Both the position numbers and the translations under genes were made by a program. From assembly GCF_009914755.1 (NCBI RefSeq), contig NC_060932.1: a stretch of 64,000 nucleotides of DNA, one strand, 5' to 3'. Below the pieces are notes generated by a model. It was not told the origin of the DNA, did not search any database, and saw nothing but the letters and a program-made list of their open reading frames with translations. Below are positions 32,051-46,277 of the stretch, piece by piece. The DNA comes from the human T2T-CHM13v2.0 reference genome, Homo sapiens. Position 1 is the stretch's first letter. The number at the start of each line of letters is the position of its first letter.

Positions 32051-35000
32051 GTGAGTGGGCCAGGCGGAGGATGCGCGCGCCGTTTAGGGTGTTTGAAGCT
32101 ACGAGAGGAGCCCGCAGGGAATAGGGGAGCGCCACCTGGGGAACCCCCAGTCCCCAAGTATACACCGGAGATCCGCTGGGACAAATGCGCTCGTCCGGTC
32201 ACCCTTTCCCCCTCTTCCCTTCCTCAGAAAAGCGCTGCTCGCTGGCGTTACCCCGCGGTCCGCGGGAATGGGGGCACCGAGAATTGCGGTTTGGTCTAGC
32301 CGCAGAGGCCCCTGAAGTCACTCCCAACTTCTTCGCCCTCGGCGGGTCTTGCTGCGTGGTCTGGGAAGGACGGAGGGGAAAGGGTGGCAGGAGGGGGGAG
32401 CCTGGGTCGGGCCCGCGAGGGAACGGCTCCACTCCGCGCGCTCCTCGAGACCAGGGATGACCTGGAAACTTCGGGGTCCCTTCCTCCGCACACCATCCCC
32501 CCCGCGCCAGCTTTCCTGTTTGACTGCATGCAAGTTCTGGGGAGATGGGGGCCAGATTTAAGAGACCCGCGAGTGTCCAGAGAGAAAAGTTTGCAAAAGT
32601 TCTTTTGTTTGATGCTCCCTGCGGCTAGGGCGAGGTAACCGACACTACGTGGAATCGCAGTAGGCGATCCCTCAAGGGGATACTGGGGGAGGCACGGAAC
32701 GCGTCCGAAAATGCTGGGACGCCGGCCACTGGATTCCCAGTCCTGCGGCGACCCCCTCCTCGTTGAGGGGTGGAGGTTGCACCGCGGGGCGTCAGGGACG
32801 GGAGGACATTTTCATAGGAGTTACACGGGAGTGCCGCAAGCAGGGCGAGGCGGGGTACGTGTGACACGGCGCTCGGCTTCGGGTCGCCTGGCCGCTGGGG
32901 GACAGAGGCTTCCCTCCCGCCACGCTCGCCCTCTCTGGCCCTGGCGGGGCGCTTCTGGGGCCGGGAGGAGTCTCGTCTCCGGCGGAGCGCCTGCCGGCAC
33001 CCAGCTTCCCTCCCCCGCCCTGGCGGTGGGAACTTGATTTCTCCTTTTGGTCGCGCTTCGGGGGCTGGAGCTTGTTTCCCCACGTCGCCCAATGAGCGCC
33101 CTCTAAAGGGAACTGCCTCCTTGGCCTCCTCTCGTCCGCAGCTGCCTCCACCTGGGCGCCAGGAGCTCTGTCGGGCCAGGTGGAAGCTTGAGCACCCCAG
33201 ATTTCGTCTGCAGCCTCAGTGCCCTCTGGGGTCTCAGGGAGTGCGGCTGTTTCTGGCCCTTCTGGTTCCCCACGTCCTCTCCCTTTGCCATTTAATAACG
33301 TGTCAATTTCTAATTAATTGAATGGTCTTTTCAAAGACAAATTATATCATCTTAAGGTCTTTTAGGTAGTTTTATGAGTTTGAGTCTCCCTCCCCCCCTT
33401 TTTTGTGCTGAGGCTAATTTAGGACTGGGAAACCTCTTTGGCATCGAGCGGCAGATGGACATTTTTAATCAGTGTGGGAGCCTCTGTGTGTGCTAGCAGA
33501 TCCCCATACGTTCTTTGTGGTTGGAGAGCATGTAGAATTGGAAACTGTACAGACTACATGAGTATTTTGGGTGCTCAGGTTGTAAAATAGAACTCCCAGC
33601 CTTATCAGTGTTTCCCTTTGGCAAATGATGGTTTAATCCGTTGGTATTAGTTATCTCCCAGCCAGTTAGGATGAACTTTGGCTCTTTGTACACCAAAAGG
33701 CAGCAGTTCTCTTGTTTATTTCAGATGAGCGTTGTTGCTCCTCTTGTTGCAAAACAGGGCAAAGGGACTTCATCTAATAAATTTCAAGAGCCTGCCTAAA
33801 AAACTGCACATGGTTAAGGAGGCCCTTTTTTTTTGCTGAGTCTTATTCATGGATTTGCTAGGAAATGTTACTGTTTTGGGATTCTGGAGAAAGAATGTTT
33901 CTGTCTTCTGCTCCTCTGGGTTTTTGCATAAATCTACCAGTGCTCCTTAAGGAAGTTTTTTGGCCGAACTATATACCTGTCCTCCCCGGTGACAGCTTTC
34001 CCCTGAACTGTGTATCTTTGGGGTTCTAATATTTCTCAATTTGAACCAGAACTGGATGCTTTCCGAGTGAACTGCTTCATTGTGATAGACACTGTTTTCA
34101 GTAATTGGAAAATCATCCAAAAAGGGTGATTAGATATTTATAAAATGTCAACTTAGAGACTAGCAGAGAATCTTTGTTAGGCAGTGAGTCAGTCTTTCTA
34201 AATAGAAGCTGTTTCAAGGCCCAGAATGGCTAACAGTCCATTTAAATTACTTTTCAGTCTCCGTTTGTTTCATGTATAGCAGCAAAAATATAAATGAAGT
34301 CAAAAGACTGAATTTAAAAAAAAATTAGCAATTACAGAATATTATTTCCAGGACTTTGCATTTTAATTTGAAAACTGCAACTGTTTCCTGGGATTTAGAA
34401 GTAGTGATTTGGGTTTAAAGTCTCCCTTTAAAGGAAGAAAGGAAAACTGCCTACAGTTAGTGAATTCTTAAGTTTTATACTTAGCTCTGGGGGTAAAAAA
34501 GAGGTTCTCAGGAACTAAGGCTCAAAACTGCCTATGAAAAGGAACTGGTAGCTGTTCCTTTATGGATCCTGGAGGCAGCTGGGAAAGCCTGTTCCTAGTG
34601 ATCCATTCATACTTTCCACTGGCAGGTTAGGACTTTGGCTGCGGAGCACCAGGCAAGGGGAAAATCTGACTGAGTGTGGCAGTAGTGATATGCTGCTGGT
34701 TTTCTGTCCATTTTGTACATGACTGTTTATCTTTAGAAATAATATATTGCAGACTGCTATAAACACATAATTTGAACTGGAAATATGTTTAAGAAAAGGA
34801 AGTGTTTTGAACTAGAGGAATTTTATAAACATTCTTAGATGTCTGTAAATTAAAAGAAACTGTCAAGTCATTTGGGCCCATGCATTATCTCTCGGTGTAT
34901 TATGAAAGGCAGGCTCTGGAAAGTTTGCATTAGAAGGGTAACTAAAATCGAAATCATGTAACTTTGCAGTTCTTTAGAAAATATAGTTTGGCTGTTTTAT

Positions 35001-35879
35001 GAGTGAAACAAATTGCTTTTGCTAGGGAATTTTATAAAAACAAGGGCTCTTTCTCTCTTAGTTGGGTATTAGCAGAAGGAGGATGTCATTTAAGAAGGAA
35101 AGATCTTGAAAGATCAGGCTTGCAGAAAATGGATGTCTGAGAAGCAATTTGAGCATGCCCTTCAGCTTCTGCTTTTAGGACCTGATATGTCTAGTTTTGA
35201 TGGTAACCACCCTTCGAGGGGTAGCCTACCCTGTGTAATATGATCACTTAAATGGCGCCTTGGATAATCATTAGTTTGGAAAGGATTTCAAAAGGTGAAC
35301 TGGTTTGTTCCCTGGGTGGAACTAGTTTTCAAGTCTCCAAAAGCCCCCAGAGACCTGACTGGCCAGCTAGAGGTGGCTTGGAGTCTCCTTAGGTTGGCAA
35401 GGCCCCTGAAGCTGACCCAGTCACACAGAGCCCCACCAGCCCTGTCATTAAGGTTTATAGCAAGTCCAGTCAAGCCACTGTGCTGTTGGCATACCTGCTG
35501 GTGGGGATCCAGTTGTCCTGTGAGGAATGCTATCTGGGTTTAGATTCTCACTAGATTGTCCTTCTTCCATTGCCAAAAATCAAACTAAAAGATTTTGCCC
35601 ATCCTTTTCTTCTTCCCAAGGCGGAAGGGTGCATTGCAGAATCTCCAAACCACTGAATTCTTTTCGTGGACTAGAGGCCAAAATAAAGTCTTAGAGAAAA
35701 GCCAGAAGTAATGAAGAAGAATCTTTGCTAAAACCAATCTACTCTTATTTAACTTTTTTAGTCAACTGTGACAGTACTATCATTTTCATTCTAATCATTT
35801 GGATTTAAATCTTGAAGAAGCCCTGGACTCATTCATCTTTGTTGGTTTCCACGTCCAGTCTGCCTCTAAGTCCAGCTGT

Positions 35880-35990
35880 GCATTCATTCTGCAGATATTT
35901 ATTTCATACCTACTAGGTGCTTGAGGTAAAGCAGTGAGCAAACCAGGCAGATATCCCCCTGCCTTCTTGGAGCTTGCATTCTAGTGATCT
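35880..35990 (-). mobile_element. L2 3' fragment
   Basis: cattcattc...atatttatt...cctgccttcttggagcttgcattctagtg. Confidence 0.65.
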
Positions 35991-36191
35991 TTCCGTTCAT
36001 TTTTTCATGCCTTCAGTGGCCAGCGTGGAACTTCCTCAGGAGTGCCAACCGGCCCCAGAATGCCCTGGCCCATGGGAACCTGCACTTAAAGATGCAGCAC
36101 CAACAGGTGTTTACCCAGCTCCTGACCTGAGCTCAGCACTGCAAAGAAGTCGGGGTTTGGAAATGTGGTCCCTTCCTGCAGCGCTAATCTT

Positions 36192-36508
36192 TTTTTTTTT
36201 TCCTCTTGAGATGGAGTCTCACTCTGTCACCCAGGCTGGAGTACAATGGCACTCTGCAACCACCACCTCACTGCAGCCACCTCACTGCAACCACCACCTC
36301 CCAGGTTCAAGCGATTCTCCTGCCTCAGCCTCCCGAGTAGCTGGGACTACAGGCACATGCCACTGCACCTGGCTAATTTTTGTATTTTTAGTAGGGATGG
36401 GGTTTCAACGTGTTGGCCAGGCTGGTCTCCAACTCCTGACCTCAGCTGATCCACCGCCTCGGCCACCCAAAGTGCTGGGATTATAGACGTGAGCCACTAT
36501 GCCTGGCC
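36192..36508 (-). mobile_element. AluS with a 26-bp TSD
   Basis: Full dimer flanked by tggtcYcttcctgcagcRctaatctt at 36166-36191 and 36511-36536. Confidence 0.9.
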
Positions 36509-36984
36509 ATTGGTCTCTTCCTGCAGCACTAATCTTGATGGGACAGAAAATTTCAAATGAAGAGCTTTCCCTCTTTTTTTCTTCCTTGGGGGCATGCCAG
36601 CTTGTGCTTCTATGTCAGTAGCCTTGTAGTTGCCATTCCTGGCCCAGACACTTGCATGCAGTTTGGTTTGTCCTCCACCACTTTGATCATGTTGCCCATG
36701 GTCTAGACACCTCCGTGTCCTTGTTATCATGGCATATAGTCTGTATGCCTCTGCTGGATTTATAAGCGGCCCCATAATAGCCTTCCTTTCTGGTTACCCC
36801 CTTGATCACTTTCCACCACATCTCCCAGCCCTGGCCCATTGATATCACTATCATGAACACTCCCTGGACATTGCTACTTTTTCAGTGTTTCTCCTTTTAA
36901 ATGCTATTGATTAAATGCAAGCTCCAAATACCTTTTCATGGCTGATCCAGCCCTGTTGTTTTTAATCCTTCTGTAAATAGCAAG

Positions 36985-37160
36985 GCATACTGATGATCAG
37001 AATCATTGAAAGTATGTGAAAATACAGATTTCAGGCCTCCTCTCAGACTTACACAATCAGAAACCTGAATGGGGGTGGGAGTGTGGGGGAAACTGTATTT
37101 TTATAAAGCGACTGAGATGATTCTAATGAATCAGACTAATTTGGGAATCGCTGGTCTAGA
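36985..37160. mobile_element. MER5-type hAT-Charlie MITE
   Basis: aaaatacagatttcaggcc...aatcagaaac...gatgattctaatg...tttgggaatcgctggtctag. Confidence 0.65.
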
Positions 37161-37229
37161 TCACAGCATTACCCCTTAATTATGTGCTATTCTATGTTAC
37201 TACTAGAGTTTTCAGCAGTAGCTGGGCTT

Positions 37230-37440
37230 AGAATACAAAGGGCTTGGGCTTGGGAGGTGGACAAGTCTGGGTTCAGATGCTGGTACCTTGCCACTTAATG
37301 TGTCAGAACTTGGACAGTATATTAAAGCTCTGAGTCACTTAAAAAAGTGTGTGTGTGTAAATTGGACCTAAGAATGCCTTTATAACATGACTGTTGTGAA
37401 GATGAAATGAAGGGAGCATATGAATGGTGCTTGAGGCACG
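37230..37440 (+). mobile_element. MIR SINE
   Basis: tctgggttcagat...gccacttaatgtgt...ctgttgtgaagatgaaatga. Confidence 0.55.
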
Positions 37441-38098
37441 GAAGATAGGACATTTTTTTTTCTTCCTTTCCTCTCTTGGCCTTTTTTTTTTTGGCAATGA
37501 AATGAATGAAATGAGGGAGCCATGTCAGATGTTCTTACCTCTCTGACATTCTAAATAGGTGAATTTTCTCTCCCATCAAGGTTAGTGCTATAGGAAGAAA
37601 CCATGTTTCCAAATCTCCTACTCCTGTGCAGTGCTGAGCTGGGTAAACATCTGTTGACACTGCATGCTGAAGTGCAGATACCGGTGGGCCTGGACATTTT
37701 GGGGTTGGTTGGCACTCCTGAAGAAGTTTCACGCTGGCCACTGAAGGCATTATGGTTCAGGGTCAACTGAATACACCAGCCCCCAGTGGACCTGGGCTAG
37801 TTGTCCAGTTTTGATGCCTCTGCACTCAGTGTCATCAGCATTGCAGGGTTGGTGTCAAGAATAAAGAAGACATTGATGTAACGTCTTGACACATCAGCTG
37901 TGCACAGTCACACCTCCTCCTCTTCCCTGAGGCTGTGCTGAGATTCCAGCACATGGGAAGGAGAGAGTTAGAATTTAGTCTGTATCATGCGTTGGTATGC
38001 CGTTGGTCATTTAGAATGAGGTGGCAGGGGTAGTGAGTATATTTTGGGGATCTGGGGGCAGAAAAGGGATTATTTTTATTTTTTAAGTGTGGAAATGT

Positions 38099-38428
<330 letters not shown>

Positions 38429-39015
38429 TTAGCCATTGGGCTTTAGGTCTTACTATTAAAAATCTCAATTGCATTTTGATAAGTCTGTTTCTAGGCAGCA
38501 TTAGCTTTAGCAACAAGGATGGAGGGGTGAATGCCTCTGAATGGGAGAGGACACTGTTGAAATAGAATTGTGAATGTCTGTTTTTCTCAAGTATCTCAAA
38601 GAATTGGTAGGAGTGGGAGAAGAGAGAAGCCTTGAAATCTTTGGAGATTTTCCATTTGCATTTCACATCAGCAGAGTGAAGCCAATGAGTATGCAGCTGG
38701 TGGCGTGATAGCCAATGCATAGTCTTGGAAAAATGGAAAAATGTTATTAAAGACATGTTTTCACAGTTTTTTTCTCTACTATTCAGTCTATTTTGTGAAA
38801 AATGTCACAAAGACTCAGTAAGTATGCTCTCTACAAAGCATTTTGGTGTTTTTTTTAATGATTACACAGGTATATTAAATACAAGTAACCGTGATGTTTA
38901 AGGAGTGTGTGCAATTAATAGAATTTAGTCTCATGGTATAAGAATGACACACGGGACAAGATACGCAATTATTAAAGGAAAATTTTTTTTAAGGGAAAAG
39001 TTAAATACGTATTTC

Positions 39016-39325
39016 TTTTTTTTTTTTTTTTTTTTTTTTTTTTGAGACAGAGTCTCACTCCGTCGCCCAGGCTGGAGTGCAGTGGCATAAATGAGGCTCA
39101 CTGCAACCTCCTCCCCCCGTTCAAGTGAATCTCCTGCCTCAACCTCCCGAGTAGCTGGGATTACAGCGCACACCACCACGCCTGGCTATTCTTTTTTTGT
39201 ATTTTTAGTAGAGACGGGATTTCACCATGTTGGCCAGGCTGGTCTTGAACTCTTGACCTCAACTGATCCGCCTGCCTCAGCCTCCCAAAGTGCTGGGATT
39301 GCAGACGTGAGCCACTGCAACCAGC
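39016..39325 (-). mobile_element. AluS
   Basis: Full dimer; TSD agttaaRtaYgtattt. Confidence 0.9.
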
Positions 39326-39754
39326 TGAGTTAAGTATGTATTTATGTGTAATTTGTTATTAAATATAAATACAGTAGACTAAATATACAACATTTTAAGT
39401 CAAGGCAAAAGCAAGGTTTTATACACATGTAATTAACTGTCTTAATCCCTGTGAGACCTCAGTTTTCTCATCTCTAAAATGATGGAGTTGAACGAGAAAA
39501 ACTCTCTCTCCTTAATATTTACTTTTTCTGCACTTTAGGGTGTGGTAGGAGAAATGTGAAGATTAACTTAATAAGTAATTATTAATCCCCTGTCAAATAC
39601 TTCTAATTTTATTATTGAAACATGGAATTTATTCACCTTACAGAAAGGCAAGTAATTTCTAATAGCTCATGGTAACCTGTTACCTTGAACTGAGTGTTCA
39701 TTGTTTACTAGGAGTGTATACATTGTCCTGCGTATTCGTGATCTAATGTCTATT

Positions 39755-40106
39755 TGTATTAGTCTGTTCTCACTCTGCTAATAAAGACATACCCAAGACT
39801 AGGTAATTTATAAAGGAAAGATGTTTGATGGACTCACAGTTCCACATGGCTGGGGAGACCTCACAATCATGGTGGAAGGCAAAGGAGAAGCAAAGGCACG
39901 TCCTACATGGTGGCAGGCAAGAGAGCTTGTACAGGGGAACTCCCATTTATGAAACCACCAGATCTTGTGAGACTTACTACCACAAGAAAAGTATAGGGGA
40001 AACCGCCCCCATGTTTCAGTTATCTCCACCTGGCCCCGCCCTTGAAATATGGGGATTATTACAGTTCAAGGTGAGATTTGGGTGAACACACAGCCAAACC
40101 ATATCA
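39755..40106 (-). mobile_element. THE1 (MaLR) solo LTR
   Basis: tgtattagtctgttctcac...gctaataaagacataccc...cacagccaaaccatatca; 352 bp; 5-bp TSD ctatt/ctagt. Confidence 0.9.
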
Positions 40107-40384
40107 CTAGTATTTTTTTATATATTTTCTGATACAAGCCAGTGTAACATAAAGAACAGCTGCGTGGTAAAAATAACTTTCATTCTAGATAGAAGACTAC
40201 ATGACTTGATATACTGGGGGTCTTTTTAAACTATAAATCTCATAAAGTGTTTTAGTCTCCTCATATGGTTTCTGGCCTGGATCTCCATTTCCAGAGTGGG
40301 GCTTTTAACTGGTGCCTTCCGTTTGGTCCCTCTCTAGAGCACTTGAGCCTGGTCTGAGTACTGTGCAGACCACAAGCAAGAATC

Positions 40385-40560
40385 TAAATGAGCAGACTAT
40401 GGTAGTGTTGCCTGGGTTTGGATACACTTATTATGTAACCTTGGGCAAGTTTTTTAACCTTCTGGGCTCAGTTTTCTCATCTGTAAAACTGAATATCCTA
40501 AAATAAGTTTTTAGGATTATGTGAGACACAGTAAGTAGGGACTTTTTAGCATAAGGGAAT
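40385..40560 (+). mobile_element. MIR SINE
   Basis: accttgggcaagttttttaaccttctgggctcagttttctcatctgtaaaa. Confidence 0.75.
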
Positions 40561-40989
40561 GTCCATGCGTTGTGTCACATGCTAGTTATAATTCCTGGCT
40601 TTCTGCTTCTCTGAAGAATAAGGGCTTGGCACACACATTAGTTGGGCTCATCTGATAAGCTCTAGCCCAGAGGGTGGCTCAGCATATGCATGCTAAGGCC
40701 TACTTTTTCATAACAGGGGCTTTCTTCTTGTCTTGGGGTAGACTAGTTCTACGCTGAGATATTGGGAATATGTTTGTAGTCAGCTTTTCTCTAAAAGTGG
40801 ATGATGTGAGAAAATATGCCATTTATTATTTCTGGCTGATGAAAGGTTCCTTACAGGGACAGGACAAATCCGTGTTAAGATGTGAAAAGCTCATCTTTCC
40901 CAGTAATTTTACCTCCACAAATCTGTCCAAAGGAAATCATTACCAGGTAAATAGTATTTAATGTCTTTGTTGAAGTCTCTTACTTATAA

Positions 40990-41840
40990 TAGTTAAAAAA
41001 ATGGAAACAACCCAAGTGTACAATAATAGAGTAATTGTTAAATAAGATTCTAATTTAGACACTGAATATCATGTGGCCATTAAAGATTTATTTGAAGGGT
41101 ATTTATAACTTAGAAACTATAGTACACAAAAAGTTAGATATAAACCTATGTATAGTGAGACCTTGGTTATATTTTAAAAGGTGTGTGTGTGTATAAAGAT
41201 AATGTATATATACAAATCCATACATGTCATAGAACTGTGTAGATACACATACACAAACATACACAGCATGAATACAGGTAAAACTAGGAAAATCAGAATA
41301 AGATTGGTAGATTGTATCAATATCAATATCATTGTTGTGATGTTTACTGTAGTTTTATAAATGTTACCATTGGCGGAAACTAGGAAGGGGCACAAGAGAT
41401 CTTTGTATTATTTCTTACACTGTGTGTGAGTCTATAGTTATCTCAACAAAAATTTCAATCAAAAAATGGCACCAGAGCTAGATTGTTGTTTAAGTAAGTT
41501 CTGCTGATCCTTCAGAGAAAGATATGTTATAAAGCTCAGAGAATGATAGAAGGCTGTTCTTTCTCATTTTAGGAGGTTAGCATCACTCTATGTCAAAACC
41601 AGACAAGAAGAGCAGAAAAAACAAACCTATAGGCCAATGTCATCTATATTAGATGTCAAAATTTTAAATAGAGTATTATTAAATTGAATACAGCAGTTTA
41701 TTAAAAGAATAATGATGAGCCCAATTGGGATTTTTCCAAGGACAGTTTCAACATCAGAAAAGCAATGCAGGTATTAACAGTTTAAGGGAGATAACAATAT
41801 GATCATCTCAACAGATGCAGAAAAAGCATCTGACCAAAGT
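40990..41840 (+). mobile_element. Old L1M fragments (3'UTR and ORF2 pieces)
   Basis: atggaaacaacccaagtgt; aatgttaccattggcggaaactagg; gatcatctcaacagatgcagaaaaagcat. Confidence 0.6.
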
Positions 41841-42496
41841 ACATGTGAAAGTATTAATATAAAGGTTCCCAAATTCTGGTTAACTGAAGGCATATTATAT
41901 TTGGCTAGTACATCTGTGCTTCGGACTCAATTCACTTGACATGTTTAGGAACCAAAAGGCCTCTGTTTACAAAGTTGTTAGGCAACAGTCTCTAGTTGCA
42001 TGAGTGACAGGTGTGTGACAACCCAATAAAGGATGGGCCATGACATATATAGATTCTAATACATATGGAGTTGTTCTAGCATTGCCCAGGTTCACTGTGT
42101 ACTCTCCCAAATTAAGAAAATGCAAGAGATGGTTTTGAATGTTTTAGAATCAGATAAATTGGGGTTCAGTTTCTGGTATTACCACTTAAAAGCCATGAGA
42201 AGTCTCTTATCATCTCCATGCTTGTTTCTTCAGTGTGAAACTGGGATTAGAATATTTTGCTTTTTGGTTATTTTGAAGATTAGCCTCAATAATGACTAAA
42301 ATCTTCTAACACAAAGCTTGACCCATAGTAGGTGATTTAAACCTGTTGGTTTCTCTTTTCTTCCATCTTTAAGTTTTGTGATTCTGCAGTATATTATATG
42401 TTTATGTATAAATATATACGCATATGTTTTGTGTTTCTCACTTGCATCCTGACTCTTAACACTATGGGACATATATTTTCACAAATTTAGAACTGG

Positions 42497-42816
42497 TTTT
42501 TATTTTTATTTTGTATTTTTTTTGTGTGTGTGAGCAACAAGGCTGTTTATTTCACCTGAGTGCAGGCAGGCTGAGTCCGAAAAGAGAGTCAGCGAAGGGA
42601 GATAGGGGTGGGGCCGTTTTATAAGATTTGGGTAGGTAGAGGAAAATTACAGTTAAAGGGGGGCTGTTCTCTGGCAGACAGGTGTGAGGGTCACAAGGTG
42701 CTCAGTAGGGGAGCTTTTGAGCCAGGATGAGCCAGGAGAAGGAATTTCACAAGATAATGTCATCAGTTAAAGCAGGAACAGGCCATTTTCACTTCTTTTG
42801 TGGTGGAATGTCATCA
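42497..42816 (-). mobile_element. HERV-H LTR7 U3-R fragment with poly-A tail (retroposed copy)
   Basis: Minus strand reads tgatgacattccaccacaaaagaagtgaaaatggcc...tataaaacggccccacccctatctcccttcgctgactctcttttcggactcag...aataaacagccttgttgctcacac then an A-rich tail; TSD taRaactggttt. Confidence 0.88.
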
Positions 42817-42941
42817 TAAAACTGGTTTATTTTTAGTCAGGCAAGTTATGATGCTTAATTATATTTTGTATTTCCCCTATCACCCATATTTCCTGAATAA
42901 TACTTAGCTAAAACTTGCATACAAGTTGGAAATTTAGTTAA

Positions 42942-43317
<376 letters not shown>

Positions 43318-44211
43318 TGGAACCCTACATTTTAAACACTGTTTTATATAAATTTACTAATGAATTAAAATCTTAACTTTATTTATGTCCCACTTCTGAA
43401 CTCGCTTAAATAAGAATGGTGTTTTGATTTGATTATTAGATTTGATTAGGTATTGTGATTATGCTGATTAGTTATTGAATTAAGTTTTGTACTCGATAAA
43501 TCAGTTTAACAATGGACACACGTTACTATAAGCCAACAAAGGACAAAGCTCTATGTTGGTCCTGCAAGTTAAAAAGAAATTATGACATGGTACTCACCTT
43601 CAAGTAACTACTGTCTACCTTATGATTATTTAGAGAATTGAAAATGAGTTGGGCCAGCACTTAAAATATGTGTTATATGTAAAATATGCATCAGTTTATG
43701 TTGAATCTAGTTCGGCATTTGTACAATCAAAATTGCCAAAAAACCACAATGGAGAATAAGAAGAACCCCTTGTAGAAGAGAAGTCACTGGTCTCCTGGAA
43801 AAGCAAAACTTTCCTAAAACCTTCCTTGAAGTGGCACAGTATGTTGGAGAAAAAGGAGAATTCTGTTGATGACTTGGAGACACTTGATTTTCATATGTTT
43901 CTCTTTTTCCCAATCTTCTCTTCAAAGAAAGACTTCCAAGTGGTAAAATGTACAAAAGGTAGAAAGAGTAAGAAATTGTTTAGAACCTGAATGATCTGTT
44001 GATATTTCTATCAGGGGAGAAAGTAACCTTATATTTCAACCAGTCTTGATTCTCCATATTCTATAATCTTTGGGGTCTTAAAAGTGAGAGCTGGGCCTTT
44101 GTATATATCATATGTAATCAGGTAAAAAGTATACATTTATAATATATACTTATATATTATACACATCATATATTATATACATTACATATATGTATCCGGT
44201 GAAAACTTATA

Positions 44212-44403
<192 letters not shown>

Positions 44404-44447
44404 TGGACCTTATATTAGGTGTTCAGTTAGATCAAATAGCCTTAGCT

Positions 44448-44819
<372 letters not shown>

Positions 44820-45597
44820 TTAGTTTTTGTAACAACGGATTTTAGAGCTGGAATGGACTTTTAAAAGGAAACACATCCAGAGAGGTTAAGTGATTTATCC
44901 AAGATTACATAGGTAATTAGTGGCAGAGTTGTAAATTTAGCCTACGCTGTTTTATTAGTGTATTTTCTTATAAAACATTCCTTTTCTGGCTGCTTCTACT
45001 CCCTCATTCCCCACATTAATGATTAGCACCTAATGCACTTATTTCTGGCACATGTTTGATAAATAAATGAAATACCATGAAACATACATTTTACGTTATA
45101 CATTTAGCATCAGTGTGGTTAGTGGGTTTTGTGCAGAATCCTTTGGTGTTTAGATACTTTTTCAATTTCCAGCAAAACTGTGCTCCAACTAATTCCTTTA
45201 CTTGCTGGTGAAACTTCAGGCTAATTATGGGAAGACAGTTGAGAGGACTGAGATTTGGAAGACCCAGAGACTGAAATAGAGTTGATTTGTAAGTCTTAGG
45301 AAGATTGTGGAGATTTATAGATAGAAAAGGAGATAAAAGCTTCCTGGAGATAAGAATCGGGACCAGAAGCAAAATCCTCATGAATTAATACTGCATTTTC
45401 TGGGGGAAAGAAGGCTGCTATTGTAGTTAAGAGAAAACGAACATTCCTTGGATTTTTATGCTAAAAATATGTCAGTGCCTTCCAGGAGAGAGTCTGATGC
45501 ACTTACAGCCCAGGTAGAAGTGCTTTTTTACCCAATTCCTTTTGCCAATCTTAGATGTAGGCTCCTCTTTTCTCCCAAGAGTTTCCTCTTGAATATT

Positions 45598-46277
<680 letters not shown>

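Larger units (their letters stand above)
31220..33250. promoter_or_regulatory. SDC2: CpG island covering the SDC2 promoter, exon 1 and start of intron 1
   Basis: Abrupt rise in GC and CpG density against CpG-depleted flanks; CCAAT at 31301-31305; no clear TATA box. Confidence 0.92.
36007..37750. repeat. Diverged ~190-bp inverted repeat (left 36007-36191 plus 36537-36555; right 37562-37750)
   Basis: atgccttcagtggccagcgtg... on + at 36007 and on - at 37750; also seen as paralogous MPSVASV... ORFs on opposite strands. Confidence 0.9.

Noticed and set aside
31901-32299. 132-aa ORF as the full gene product
   Set aside because: It starts at a GTG and reads through the splice donor at 32051 into the intron; the real CDS is spliced.
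31403-33321. Many overlapping 60-206 aa ORFs on both strands
   Set aside because: Expected from stop-codon scarcity in a CpG island; they are Arg/Pro/Gly/Ala-rich with no recognisable domain. Only 31991-32050 is supported as coding.
35974-37766. Paralogous MPSVASV... ORFs on opposite strands as a small gene family
   Set aside because: The similarity comes from the DNA-level inverted duplication; the frames diverge at an indel and one runs into an Alu.
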